Shown: positions 10,488 to 20,296, numbered from the stretch's first letter. The stretch: DNA of 64,000 bases from Candidatus Nanoarchaeia archaeon (GCA_028715295.1 JAQUSD010000002.1:3385-67384), one strand, 5' to 3'. Notes: a model not told the origin generated them from the sequence alone. Made by a program: numbers and translations.

Positions 10488-10778
10488 TTATGCCATCTGT
10501 TTTTCCTTTACTTTGTTCTTCAGAAGCTTAATGAATTCTTTTTCTATGTCATTGATCTGTGGTATTTTCGGAGGAAAATCAAAATCCCCAGGCCCTACGG
10601 GCATGTTAGATAAGGGCATCTGTCCCGGCATTCTCGGGGTTAAGGGAAAATCTTCAATATGGTTTCTTGCGTAATCCGGAAAATCGCTAATTTCGTTTGC
10701 CTCCAGGAATTTCTTATCAATTAACTCCTTGTTATTTTCAAGAAATCTTTTGTATTTACTATCTTTTTCTTCTGACAT
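10488..10778 (-). CDS. Small proline-rich hypothetical protein (ORF D)
   Basis: AAGGTG SD; tight packing with neighbours. Confidence 0.65.
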   Translation of the reverse strand: MSEEKDSKYKRFLENNKELIDKKFLEANEISDFPDYARNHIEDFPLTPRMPGQMPLSNMPVGPGDFDFPPKIPQINDIEKEFIKLLKNKVKEKQMA

Positions 10779-10780
10779 AT

Positions 10781-10942
10781 TTACACCTTCATTGATTCGC
10801 GGAGTATTTTAATATCAAACTGGTTTCTCATATCAAAGTCTTCTATTGAATCCTTGACACTTGCAATTATTTTATCCCAAAGTTTCCTGTCTTCTTCAGT
10901 AAGATATAACGTTTCTGGTTTATTAATATATGATTCTTTCAT
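10781..10942 (-). CDS. Small hypothetical protein, 53 aa (ORF C; not in ORF track)
   Basis: MKESYINKPETLYLTEEDRKLWDKIIASVKDSIEDFDMRNQFDIKILRESMKV; fills the gap exactly and resembles ORF B. Confidence 0.65.
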   Translation of the reverse strand: MKESYINKPETLYLTEEDRKLWDKIIASVKDSIEDFDMRNQFDIKILRESMKV

Positions 10943-10944
10943 TT

Positions 10945-11166
10945 TTACCACTTCATATGTGCTTCCAGTATTTCCCTGCTGAACGTTCTCAGTCCTTCAT
11001 ATTTTTTACTATTCTCTTCTACTCTTTTAATTATCTCTGTCCAGTCAATAGGGTTTCTCAGATATTCTTTAAGTAGATAATACTCCCAGGCACAGAGGGA
11101 ATTAGGTTTTGTTGAAAAGTAAGATTCTTTAATTTCTTTTTCAAATTTCACATAGTCATTTTTCAT
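10945..11166 (-). CDS. Small hypothetical protein (ORF B)
   Basis: ATG 4 nt after the ORF A stop; similar to ORF C. Confidence 0.65.
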   Translation of the reverse strand: MKNDYVKFEKEIKESYFSTKPNSLCAWEYYLLKEYLRNPIDWTEIIKRVEENSKKYEGLRTFSREILEAHMKW

Positions 11167-11170
11167 TAGG

Positions 11171-11428
11171 TTATCTAATTTTTCCAAAAGTTATTGTTGG
11201 TTTTTTCTCTCCTGGCAATGGCTGTATTCTGTAACCTCCTATTGGCTCTTTATTAGCATCTACAATATCAACAGGCTCTTCAGTTCCAAAAGTCATTTCA
11301 GGTAATCTTTCACCTGGCAATGGCTGTATTCTGTACCCCCCAAGAGGTTCCTCGTCAGGTTTTCTTTCTCCAAGTTCTTTCTGAACTTCTTTTCTTTTTT
11401 CTGCAAATTTATCATCAATTGTTTCCAT
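11171..11428 (-). CDS. Small protein with duplicated EP(L/I)GGYRIQPLPGE motif (ORF A)
   Basis: GGTGG SD; overlaps the end of gatE; internal repeat with 34-aa period. Confidence 0.7.
   Translation of the reverse strand: METIDDKFAEKRKEVQKELGERKPDEEPLGGYRIQPLPGERLPEMTFGTEEPVDIVDANKEPIGGYRIQPLPGEKKPTITFGKIR
11211..11335. repeat. Two exact 23-bp direct repeats CCTGGCAATGGCTGTATTCTGTA, 102-bp period
   Basis: Copies at 11211-11233 and 11313-11335, in frame within ORF A. Confidence 0.9.
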
Positions 11429-13274
11429 TTTTACCACCATTGTATTTATTGACAAGTTCTTTCACAATGTCTCCATCAGCTTTTCCCTTAGTTTGCTTCA
11501 TGACTTCCCCCATTATAACATTTATTTTGTCTGTTTTAAGTTTTTTAACTGTTTCTTTAACTATTGTCTCAAGTTCATTCATATCCAGCAAGAACAAGTC
11601 TTTTTTCTTTGCAACTTCTTCTGCTGTCTTGCCTGTTTCAAACATACCTGCAATAACATCTACAATTGTTTTTTTTGAAACACAACCCTCATGAACCAGT
11701 TTAAAAACCGCATTGTAATAATCATCGCTGATTTCCTTTATATCAAGATTATATTTTTTCTTAAGTTCTTTTGGCGTAGAAATTAAAGCGTCTGCAATTA
11801 CACTTGCCTTTATTTTATTGTAATGCTGTACAAATTCCTCAAACTGCATTAAATAAACTGAATGGATTATCTGGGATGCCTGTTCAGGACTGAGTTTGTA
11901 TAATTTAGTGAACCTTTCAAACTTTTTTTCAGGAGACTCAGGAAGTTTTATGTTCTTTAGAAATCCATTTGTTATTACAACAGGAGGCAAATCAGTTTCA
12001 GGATACATTCTTGAACTTCCTGGCATTGGACGAAGATAAGATGAAGTTCCGTCATCATTTGCTTTTCTTACATCTTTTGGAACTCCTTTAACAAACAGAT
12101 TCGCTCTTTCGATCACTGACTTAAGGCATGTTTCAGCAATATTATCATAACCAACTACAAAAAGAAAAGCGTCCATTGATGTGCATTTAAGCTTTTCAGC
12201 AATTTTCTTTTTCTCTTCACTTTTTATACCATAAGCGGGAAGTTCATCAGAGTGTATAACACCCTTTAAACCAAAAAGATTTGCAACATATGCAAATTCT
12301 TTTCCGAATGTTTTCTGCTCCTGTATCTTTAAACCAAGAAGCCCTGCATAACCCTTCATACATATTGCCTTTACTTTCTTGTTTTCTTTTAAAGCATCAA
12401 AAACAAATTTTGCTTCTGTTTTAACTAACAAATCTGTAATATCAACTATTTCAGGATTAATTTTTTTTATTTTCTTTGAAATATCCAACAGAGACAGCTG
12501 TCTTGCAGATTCATTTTTAACAAGCTCAGGTATCATACTCAAATCTTGTGCTCCTTTGATTTCAACCCTGTTTCCTCCTTTTATTGAAACATTCACATCC
12601 TGCCTTATTGTTCCTAAACCACGTTTCACTCTGCCAGTCATTCTCATAAACATGCCTATTTTTTCAGCACATTCCTTTACCTGCTCAGGAGTATGCATGT
12701 CAGGTTCTGTCCTTAATTCAATAAGAGGTATGCCTAGTCTGTCAAGAGAGTACACAACTTTGTTTTCAGTTTCAAAAAGTTTTCTTGCTGCATCTTCTTC
12801 AAGGCACATCTGGTTTACGCGTACTTTTCCAAATGAAGTTTCTATAAAACCATCAGTTGAAACCATTGCTGTTCTCTGAAATCCGGTTGTATTGCTCCCG
12901 TCTACAACTGTTTTTCTCATAACATAAAGCTCATCAACAGGTTTCATATTCATTGCAAGACTAACCTGCATTGCAATATTAAGGGCATCCATGTTCAAGC
13001 CACGAGGGGGTTCTTCATCAATATCTACAAGGCAGTTTACATCTCGGTGAACCTCATATTTGAATACCTTATCTTTCTGCTGTTCAAACTTTGCGGCTGT
13101 ATCAATAACCCCAAGTTCCCCTGCAACAGCCCTCAATTTTCTTGTTATTGTGCTGTATCCTTTTTCATTCACAATTCTTGAAGGACAGTTGCAGAACAGT
13201 TTATGAGTATCCAGCTGCTGGTGAATTTCAAGTCCGACTTTTAAACCCAATCTTTTATAATCCATTTCTTTCAC
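11415..13274 (-). CDS. gatE: Glu-tRNA(Gln) amidotransferase subunit E
   Basis: GLKVGLEIHQQL, MRKTVVDGSNTTGFQRT, RGLGTIRQDVNVSI, RMYPETD. Confidence 0.97.
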   Translation of the reverse strand: MKEMDYKRLGLKVGLEIHQQLDTHKLFCNCPSRIVNEKGYSTITRKLRAVAGELGVIDTAAKFEQQKDKVFKYEVHRDVNCLVDIDEEPPRGLNMDALNIAMQVSLAMNMKPVDELYVMRKTVVDGSNTTGFQRTAMVSTDGFIETSFGKVRVNQMCLEEDAARKLFETENKVVYSLDRLGIPLIELRTEPDMHTPEQVKECAEKIGMFMRMTGRVKRGLGTIRQDVNVSIKGGNRVEIKGAQDLSMIPELVKNESARQLSLLDISKKIKKINPEIVDITDLLVKTEAKFVFDALKENKKVKAICMKGYAGLLGLKIQEQKTFGKEFAYVANLFGLKGVIHSDELPAYGIKSEEKKKIAEKLKCTSMDAFLFVVGYDNIAETCLKSVIERANLFVKGVPKDVRKANDDGTSSYLRPMPGSSRMYPETDLPPVVITNGFLKNIKLPESPEKKFERFTKLYKLSPEQASQIIHSVYLMQFEEFVQHYNKIKASVIADALISTPKELKKKYNLDIKEISDDYYNAVFKLVHEGCVSKKTIVDVIAGMFETGKTAEEVAKKKDLFLLDMNELETIVKETVKKLKTDKINVIMGEVMKQTKGKADGDIVKELVNKYNGGKNGNN

Positions 13275-13313
13275 CTTTTTTCTGTTTTTTATTCATTCTG
13301 ACTTTTAAATTTA

Positions 13314-14609
13314 TCACTCCAAAAATGTGCTGTAAAGAGTTCTCTTTGTAATCTCTCCAGCCATGTTTGTAAGCATCATATTTTTTATATTGCTGTGTTC
13401 CTGTTCGTGCCCCATCACCCAGCCAAGCTTTACATAAGCTGTTTCAGGAAGCATGTCTTCAAGATGAACAGCACCTGCGTTTGCAAGAACTCTTAAGTTT
13501 CTGTAAACATAAGGATTTGTTCTTCCGTAGATGGTCTGTCCTGTTATCCCTATAAACATATCTTTTGATGCTTTCTTAATAATTGGTATCCACGAAGCTT
13601 TTCTTTTCAGTGTTTCTGTTGGAACATGTCCAAATGCAGTTGCCTCAATTACAACCCCTTTATATCCTGATTCAAGATAATGACTGAGTATTTCAGGACT
13701 GCTCCCAGGGAAAACCTTAAGTAGAGAAACTTTTTTTTCAAATTTAACATCTGCCTTTACTTTTTCATCCCTGAACTTAGTGTGGTTTTTATCAACAACT
13801 TCCATTTTTCCATCAGTCCATATTTTAGCAAGAGGCAAATCATTTACTGGACGGAAAGCATTTCTCATGGATGAATGCATTTTTCTTACTTTTGTTCCCT
13901 GTATTGCAAAGCAGTAGGAATCATCTGTTTCAGCATGCATAACAACAGCAACTTCTCCTAAATCAGATTTTGTATAATGTCCTGCACATAAAAGGTTCAT
14001 TGCTCCATCAAATGAACCTCTGTCAGGACTTCTCTGCGCTCCGACTATTGCAACAGGTTTTGAAAGATTTTTAAGCATGAACGAAAGTGCTGCACTTGTA
14101 TAATGGAGAGTATCTGTTCCATGTGTGATTATAACTCCTCTTGAACCTGAATTAAGTTCCTTTGCAGTTTCTTTTGCAAGAACCGCCCATTCATCAGGAG
14201 TCATATCCTCGCTTGCTATTGCAAAAGGAGATGAAATTTTTTTGAGATTTATGATGTCAGCAAGTTCCGGCACTGTAAAAAGCAGTTCTTCTGGTTTTAC
14301 AGACATATAAACTCCGCCAGTAGTGTAGTCCACTCTTGCACCAATTGTTCCTCCAGTTGCTATCATGGAAACATCAGGAAGATTTTTGCTGTGCTTTACT
14401 TTAAAACTCTGGAAAGATTCCAGTTTTACTGCTTTTCCTAATTTTTTTGATTTTATTATATTTGAAAGCTTTATGCCTATATTATAACCATTGTCAAGTT
14501 TAAGCATAATATATCCCTTGTCAGAAAACTCAGAACGAGGCAGAACCAGTCCTTCAAAATTTCCTTTTTTAGTTTCCAGGAGAACTCTTTCTCCAGATTT
14601 GAATTCCAT
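13314..14609 (-). CDS. gatD: Glu-tRNA(Gln) amidotransferase subunit D
   Basis: KLDNGYNIG N-domain; TGGTI and HGTDT asparaginase motifs; AQRSPDR. Confidence 0.97.
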   Translation of the reverse strand: MEFKSGERVLLETKKGNFEGLVLPRSEFSDKGYIMLKLDNGYNIGIKLSNIIKSKKLGKAVKLESFQSFKVKHSKNLPDVSMIATGGTIGARVDYTTGGVYMSVKPEELLFTVPELADIINLKKISSPFAIASEDMTPDEWAVLAKETAKELNSGSRGVIITHGTDTLHYTSAALSFMLKNLSKPVAIVGAQRSPDRGSFDGAMNLLCAGHYTKSDLGEVAVVMHAETDDSYCFAIQGTKVRKMHSSMRNAFRPVNDLPLAKIWTDGKMEVVDKNHTKFRDEKVKADVKFEKKVSLLKVFPGSSPEILSHYLESGYKGVVIEATAFGHVPTETLKRKASWIPIIKKASKDMFIGITGQTIYGRTNPYVYRNLRVLANAGAVHLEDMLPETAYVKLGWVMGHEQEHSNIKNMMLTNMAGEITKRTLYSTFLE

Positions 14610-14693
14610 GGATAAAGTAAGAAGTATAGTATATTTAATTCTTATTATGCTGATGAAATAATTTTATAAATATTGACTTTTCTTTTTTATATA

Positions 14694-15032
14694 ATGGTAC
14701 CATCTTATTTGCAAAGCATAAATAATAAACTTAGTGGAGTAAAAGAGTATGTAGATGAAAGAAATAAAATAAACAAAGCTGTTTTCCATGACAATGAGTA
14801 TTTAAGATATCTTGCAAGGATTAGTATTAATGCGGGATTTATGGGTACAATGTTAACAAGTTACTTATCAAATACAAACAATAATGCACTGGAAAATTCT
14901 GAGATTTTAATAGGTTCACTTTGCGGTTTTATGAGTGTATGCTTATTAAGGGATATTTGTATGGCCTTTGGTGTAGCTGGCAAATGGGAAAAACAACTTA
15001 AGGAAAACAAAGAACTTAGCGACAAACTTTAA
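14694..15032 (+). CDS. Small membrane protein (2 TM)
   Basis: Two hydrophobic segments; ATG ~25 nt after a TTTATAAA box. Confidence 0.55.
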   Translation: MVPSYLQSINNKLSGVKEYVDERNKINKAVFHDNEYLRYLARISINAGFMGTMLTSYLSNTNNNALENSEILIGSLCGFMSVCLLRDICMAFGVAGKWEKQLKENKELSDKL

Positions 15033-15119
15033 GAAATTTTTAATTTATTCTCTGAACTTTAAATTAACGGTTTAATCTTATCAAAAAATATATAAGTGAG
15101 TGAAGAATATAAGAATATT

Positions 15120-15232
15120 GGGTTGTACTGGGCTTATGTTGAACTACTAATGGGTTTCTTAACTTTCTATTCGTTCTAAACCGAACATAAACAACTCAAA
15201 TATTTAATTGTTTCGGTAAAAGGTGGAAAGAA
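15120..15232 (+). promoter_or_regulatory. Structured ~110-nt 5' leader of ftsZ
   Basis: TATA (ATATATAA ~15088); GGGTTGT/ACAACTC and TTATGTT/AACATAA pairings; AGGTGG SD. Confidence 0.45.
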
Positions 15233-16306
15233 ATGGACTTTATCATAAAAGATGCATTGAAAGCTTCCGAGAATATAAACTGGGAAGAAGGACTAGCCGG
15301 ACAGGCAAAGATAAAAGTAATAGGTGCAGGCGGAGCTGGAAACAATATGGCTGACTGGCTCTACAGAAAAGGTGTAAGAGGGGCTGAAATAGTTGCAGTC
15401 AATACAGATACACAGCACCTTGAGGCAAGAGAAGCAGATAAAAAACTGCTTATTGGAAAAGATTTATGCAGAGGACTTGGATGCGGGGGTTTCCCTGAAA
15501 AAGGTTCAGAAGCTGCAAGAGAAAGTCTTCAGGAAATAAAAGAGATGCTTAAAGGAACAGATATGCTTTTCCTTATGGCAGGGCTTGGTGGAGGCACTGG
15601 TACTGGTTCAGCTGCTGAAGTAGCTAGTGTGGCTAAAGATGCGGGTGCTATTGTTATCGGGGTAGTCACTATGCCTTTCAAGTTGGAAAGGGCAAGAATA
15701 GACAAAGCAGAATGGGGACTTCAAAAATTAAGACAGGTTGCAGATACTGTAATAGTTATTGACAACAATCGTCTTATTGACTTAGCAGGGAATCTTCCAA
15801 TACAGCAGGCTTTTTCAGTTGCGAATGAACTTGTTGCAACAATGATAAAAGGGATTGTTGAAACAATAGCTGTGCCTAGTTTAGTAAATCTGGACTTTGC
15901 GGATGTTAAGGCAACAATGAAAGAAGGTGGAGTTTCTGTTATAGGCGTTGGGGAATCTGACAGCGAAAGAAGAGTTGAAGAAGCTGTTTCAAAAGCTTTG
16001 AATAATCCTTTGCTTGATGTTGATTACAAAGGCGCACATGGGGCTCTTCTCCATATAACAGGTGGTCCGGACATGACTCTTGAAGAAGTCAGTAAAATAG
16101 GAGAAACTGTTTCAGGCACTCTTGATGCAGATGCACAAGTAATATGGGGTGCCAGAATTGCAGAAGAAATGGCTGGAAGAATAAGAGTTATGACAATAAT
16201 AACCGGAGTACGCTCTCCTTTTATTCTTGGTCCAACAACACATACAGAACAGAAGAAGCGCGCTGCTGAAGTCAGCGAGGAACTTGGAATTAGGATGCTT
16301 ATTTAA
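15233..16306 (+). CDS. ftsZ: Cell division protein FtsZ
   Basis: GAGGAGNN, GLGGGTGTG tubulin signature, NLDFADV. Confidence 0.98.
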   Translation: MDFIIKDALKASENINWEEGLAGQAKIKVIGAGGAGNNMADWLYRKGVRGAEIVAVNTDTQHLEAREADKKLLIGKDLCRGLGCGGFPEKGSEAARESLQEIKEMLKGTDMLFLMAGLGGGTGTGSAAEVASVAKDAGAIVIGVVTMPFKLERARIDKAEWGLQKLRQVADTVIVIDNNRLIDLAGNLPIQQAFSVANELVATMIKGIVETIAVPSLVNLDFADVKATMKEGGVSVIGVGESDSERRVEEAVSKALNNPLLDVDYKGAHGALLHITGGPDMTLEEVSKIGETVSGTLDADAQVIWGARIAEEMAGRIRVMTIITGVRSPFILGPTTHTEQKKRAAEVSEELGIRMLI

Positions 16307-16309
16307 GCA

Positions 16310-16372
16310 TCTTTTTCTTTTATTTTTATTAATTTTCAGAAACCTAGTTTCTAAAAGTTTTTTTCTTTTTTA
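16310..16372 (+). terminator. T-rich terminator region after ftsZ
   Basis: Oligo-T tracts after the stop plus a small AGAAAC/GTTTCT hairpin. Confidence 0.5.
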
Positions 16373-16413
16373 ATCATACTTTCGAAATTCTAATGACATT
16401 TCAAAAGTTTTTT

Positions 16414-16749
16414 CTATTTTTTTAGATAAGTCAGATTTTTATACCATTCATTTAATCTTTGAGTAGCATGTATTAATGCTTCTTCCATTGTTGTTTCTTT
16501 ACTTCTAAATATCTTATATGCTTCTAATAATTCTTCAGGAGTCGCTTCTGTATCAAATCCAGACATAAGAAATTTCAATAACAACTTATTGTAAGGAGCA
16601 TAAAAAAATCCGTCTCCAACAATGTGTTCTGTGTCCATTTCTTCAACCTGAAATATGGGCAATACCATATTTGGTTTTAGTATCTGTTCAATTTTTTGTT
16701 TAGCATCTTCAAAGTTTTTAACTAAATCCCCAATATTCATATCAAGCAT
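16414..16749 (-). CDS. Hypothetical protein
   Basis: 111-aa ATG ORF with TTTAAA box upstream. Confidence 0.55.
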   Translation of the reverse strand: MLDMNIGDLVKNFEDAKQKIEQILKPNMVLPIFQVEEMDTEHIVGDGFFYAPYNKLLLKFLMSGFDTEATPEELLEAYKIFRSKETTMEEALIHATQRLNEWYKNLTYLKK

Positions 16750-16780
16750 TTAATTAAACAATTAATTTAAAATTATTGTT

Positions 16781-17347
16781 CTATTTGTAAATTTTAGGTT
16801 TTTTCTTAAGTTTTGAGAAATATTCATCAAAGAAAACCATTTCCCTTAAATCCTTTCTTATTGGTGCGGGAGGTTTTTCAGCAGGATAGCCAAGCGCAAT
16901 TATGCTTATAACCTTAGCTTCATCAGAAGGTATATCCAATATCCGGTTTATCTTTTCATGGTCAAACATTCCCCCAACCCAACATGTAGCAAGTCCAAGG
17001 TTATGCGCTGCAAGCATCATATTCTGTATCGCTGCTGAACAATCCATGTAAGTATATTTTTCCAAACCTTCTTTGCCGTATAATATCCCTAATCTTTTAA
17101 ATGAAGAGCAAACTGCAATGAGTATGGGTGCTTTTGACATCCAATGCTGTTCCATACATGCTTTTGCAATTTCTTCCTTCTGCTTTGAATTTCTTATAAT
17201 AATAAATATCCCGTCCTGAACATTACCTGCAGAAGGGGCCCACCTTGCAGATTCAAGAACCTGAACAAGTTCTTTTTCAGGAACCATTTTTGAAATAAAC
17301 CTTCTGACAGAACGCCTTGTTTTTATTGCCTTGAAAACATCCATCAA
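16781..17347 (-). CDS. Nitroreductase family protein
   Basis: RRSVRRF, WAPSAGNVQ, NMMLAAHNLGLATCWVG. Confidence 0.95.
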   Translation of the reverse strand: MMDVFKAIKTRRSVRRFISKMVPEKELVQVLESARWAPSAGNVQDGIFIIIRNSKQKEEIAKACMEQHWMSKAPILIAVCSSFKRLGILYGKEGLEKYTYMDCSAAIQNMMLAAHNLGLATCWVGGMFDHEKINRILDIPSDEAKVISIIALGYPAEKPPAPIRKDLREMVFFDEYFSKLKKKPKIYK

Positions 17348-17399
17348 ATATCCACCTTTATGAAAATTTATATAGTTAATACAAATATTATATCCTCAT

Positions 17400-19067
17400 A
17401 TGGATTATTTAAAACTTGCCGAATTGAATGAAAAGTTAGAATCAACAAGCAAAAGACTTGAGCAGACTTCTCTTATTACTGAATTCATTAAATCTGCATC
17501 AAAAGAAAATCTAAGACCTGTAGTTCTTATGGTTTTAGGAAATGTTTACCCTTCGTACAGCAGGAAAAAAATAGGCATTGCAGATAAAATTATGATTAAA
17601 GCGATAGCATCAACCTCTGGAAGAAGCGAAAAGGAAATTGTTAAGATTTTTAAAAAAACAGGAGATTTAGGTGCTGTTGCTGAACAGGTTCTTAAGGATA
17701 AAAAACAGGCCACACTGTTCTCAAAAAAGCTTAGTATCTCAGATGTATTTGAAGATATTAAAAAAATAGCTGATTTTGAAGGCAAAGGAACTGTTGATAA
17801 AAAAATAAGTATAATAAAAAAGCTTCTTGCAAATGCATCGCCTGTTGAGGCAAAACATATAGCAAGGCTTGTCATAGGAACAACAAGGATGGGGGTTGGA
17901 GAAGGAATTGTAAGGGATGCTATTGCAGGAGCATTTAATGTTGATTCAAAAAAAGTTGAGAATGCTGAAAATATACTAAATGATTATGGGGGGGTTGCAG
18001 AAATTGCAAAGTTGGAAGGTGATAAAGGGCTTGAAAGCATTAAGCTGGAACTTTTTAAACCTTCCAAAGTGCTTCTTGCACAGAGGGTTGAAAGTATTGA
18101 AGAGCTTTTTAAAAGAACAGGAGAACCTGCTGATTTAGAGTATAAATATGATGGTTTTAGGGTTTTAATACACAAAAAAGGCGATAAAGTTAAGTTATTT
18201 ACACGAAGGCTTGAAGATGTAACAAAGCAATTTCCTGACGTTGTTGAGTATTCAAACAAATATATCAAAGACAGCAGGTGTATAATGGACAGTGAGGTAA
18301 TAGGGATTGAGCCTAAGACGGGCAGATGGCTTCCGTTTCAGAAAATCTCGCAGAGGATTAAGAGGAAGTATGATATTAAAAAAATAGTAAAGGAGATACC
18401 TGTTATAGTTAATGTTTTTGATGTCCTTATGATTAATGGAAAAAGTCTTTTGAAGACTCCGCTTAAAGAAAGAATAAAGTTAATTGAAGAGAATATAACT
18501 CAGGAAAAAAACCGGTTTGTCATTGCAAAGAGAATTATAAGTTCTGATGAAAAAGAAGTCAGGAAGTTTTTTATGGAGTCTCTCGCACTTGGTAATGAAG
18601 GGATTATGGGCAAGAACTTAAATTCAATTTATGAGCCTGGACTAAGAGTAGGGTATTGGGTAAAATTAAAACCTGCAATGGAACCACTGGATTTAGCAAT
18701 AACAGGTGCTGACTGGGGGAAAGGAAAAAGAGCTCAGTGGCTTGCTTCATTTGATATTTCATGCAGAAAACAAGATGAATTTAAAAGAATAGGGAAAATG
18801 GGTACCGGACTCACTGATGAGAACTTCAAAAAACTTACAAAAGAACTGAAACCTTATATAATAAGAGAAAAAGGAACCCATGTGGACATAATTCCTAAGA
18901 TTGTTGTTGAAGTAGGTTATGAAGAAATACAGGAGTCGCCGACATATGAATCAGGATATGCTTTAAGGTTCCCAAAACTGCTCCAGATAAGATATGAAAA
19001 GGATGTGTCGGAAGTTGATGATATTGAAAAGATAAAAAGTCTTTATAGCCACCAAAGAGGAAAATAA
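17400..19067 (+). CDS. lig: ATP-dependent DNA ligase
   Basis: EYKYDG adenylation motif, EGIMGK, WVKLK, ALRFP. Confidence 0.97.
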   Translation: MDYLKLAELNEKLESTSKRLEQTSLITEFIKSASKENLRPVVLMVLGNVYPSYSRKKIGIADKIMIKAIASTSGRSEKEIVKIFKKTGDLGAVAEQVLKDKKQATLFSKKLSISDVFEDIKKIADFEGKGTVDKKISIIKKLLANASPVEAKHIARLVIGTTRMGVGEGIVRDAIAGAFNVDSKKVENAENILNDYGGVAEIAKLEGDKGLESIKLELFKPSKVLLAQRVESIEELFKRTGEPADLEYKYDGFRVLIHKKGDKVKLFTRRLEDVTKQFPDVVEYSNKYIKDSRCIMDSEVIGIEPKTGRWLPFQKISQRIKRKYDIKKIVKEIPVIVNVFDVLMINGKSLLKTPLKERIKLIEENITQEKNRFVIAKRIISSDEKEVRKFFMESLALGNEGIMGKNLNSIYEPGLRVGYWVKLKPAMEPLDLAITGADWGKGKRAQWLASFDISCRKQDEFKRIGKMGTGLTDENFKKLTKELKPYIIREKGTHVDIIPKIVVEVGYEEIQESPTYESGYALRFPKLLQIRYEKDVSEVDDIEKIKSLYSHQRGK

Positions 19068-19117
19068 GGGTTCTTATAGTAAGTTTTATAAACCATCTTG
19101 TAATTAGAAAAGTAATA

Positions 19118-19471
19118 ATGGTAAAGAGAACTGGACCTACTGATGTGAATCTTAGGAAGCTTGTTTCAGAACTTAACAAAACAAAAACCAAATTCTGGAA
19201 AAGAATAGCTGAAGATTTGATGAAACCAAGAAGACAAAGAAGACAGGTAAATATTTCACATATAAACAGGTTTACTGAGAAGGGTGAAACAGTTGTTGTT
19301 CCTGGAAAGGTTCTTTCTTCAGGAAGCCTCAAGCATGCAATAAATGTTGCTGCGTGGCAGTTTTCTGCTTCTGCTGAAAAGAAAATAAAGGATGCAGATG
19401 GAAAGGCTTTAAAAATTGAGACTCTTGTTAAAGAAAATCCAAAAGCAAAAAAATTAAGGATAATCGGGTAA
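19118..19471 (+). CDS. rpl18e: 50S ribosomal protein L18e
   Basis: VNISHINR...VVVPGKVLSSG. Confidence 0.95.
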   Translation: MVKRTGPTDVNLRKLVSELNKTKTKFWKRIAEDLMKPRRQRRQVNISHINRFTEKGETVVVPGKVLSSGSLKHAINVAAWQFSASAEKKIKDADGKALKIETLVKENPKAKKLRIIG

Positions 19472-19472
19472 A

Positions 19473-19892
19473 ATGAAAGTCATAAATGCTGAAAATCAGG
19501 TTATGGGAAGGCTTGCTGCAAAAGTTGCAAAGCTTGCGCTTGAAGGCGAAACAGTAAGGGTAGTTAATTCTGAAAAAGCAATAATAACTGGAAGAAAAGA
19601 ACAGATTTTCCAGAAATATCATCAGAGGAGGATAAGAGGAGAACCTCATCATGGTCCTAAATTTCCAAGAAAAGCTGACAGACTTATGAAAAGAGCAATA
19701 AGAGGCATGATTGGATACAAATCTGCAAAAGGAAGGGAAGCGTTCAAAAAAATAAAGACTTATATTGGAATCCCTGAAGAGTTTAAGTCTGAGAAAATGG
19801 AATCATTTCAAAAGGCAAATATGACAAAACTTAAAACTATAAAATATATCACTGTTGGTGAATTATCTAAATGGCTGGGTTCAAAATGGTAG
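19473..19892 (+). CDS. rpl13: 50S ribosomal protein L13
   Basis: GRLAAKVAK, VVNSEKAIITG, RAIRGM. Confidence 0.95.
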   Translation: MKVINAENQVMGRLAAKVAKLALEGETVRVVNSEKAIITGRKEQIFQKYHQRRIRGEPHHGPKFPRKADRLMKRAIRGMIGYKSAKGREAFKKIKTYIGIPEEFKSEKMESFQKANMTKLKTIKYITVGELSKWLGSKW

Positions 19893-20296
19893 ACAAAAAA
19901 AATATTGTTGTAAGTGGTAAGAGGAAAACCTCAATAGCAAGAGGCTATATTACAGAAGGTACTGGAGTAGTAAGAATCAATAAAATTAATATTAATAATT
20001 ACGGTTCAGAGATTTCAAGAGAAAAAATAAAAGAGCCTCTTATAATTGCAGGAGACAGTATTGCAAAAAAAGTGAATATCACTGTTACTGTAAAAGGTGG
20101 GGGTAGTGAATCACAGGCTGATGCAGCAAGAATAGTTGTTGCTAAACTGCTTATTGAACACACTGGAAGCAAAGAACTTAAGGAAAAGTATTTTAATTAT
20201 GATAAACACATGCTTGTAGCAGATACAAGGAGAACCGAGCCTCAGAAACCCTACCGTTCTTCAGCAAGAAGTATGAGGCAGACAAGTAAAAGGTGA
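19886..20296 (+). CDS. rps9: 30S ribosomal protein S9
   Basis: GKRKTSIAR, VKGGG..SQA.A.R, C-terminal QTSKR. Confidence 0.95.
   Translation: MVDKKNIVVSGKRKTSIARGYITEGTGVVRINKININNYGSEISREKIKEPLIIAGDSIAKKVNITVTVKGGGSESQADAARIVVAKLLIEHTGSKELKEKYFNYDKHMLVADTRRTEPQKPYRSSARSMRQTSKR

Noticed and set aside
11211-11335. 23-bp direct repeat as a CRISPR array
   Set aside because: Only two copies, 102-bp in-frame period inside a coding region, and no cas genes
2609-14609. Presence of both GatCAB and GatDE
   Set aside because: Normal in archaea: GatDE makes Gln-tRNA and GatCAB makes Asn-tRNA
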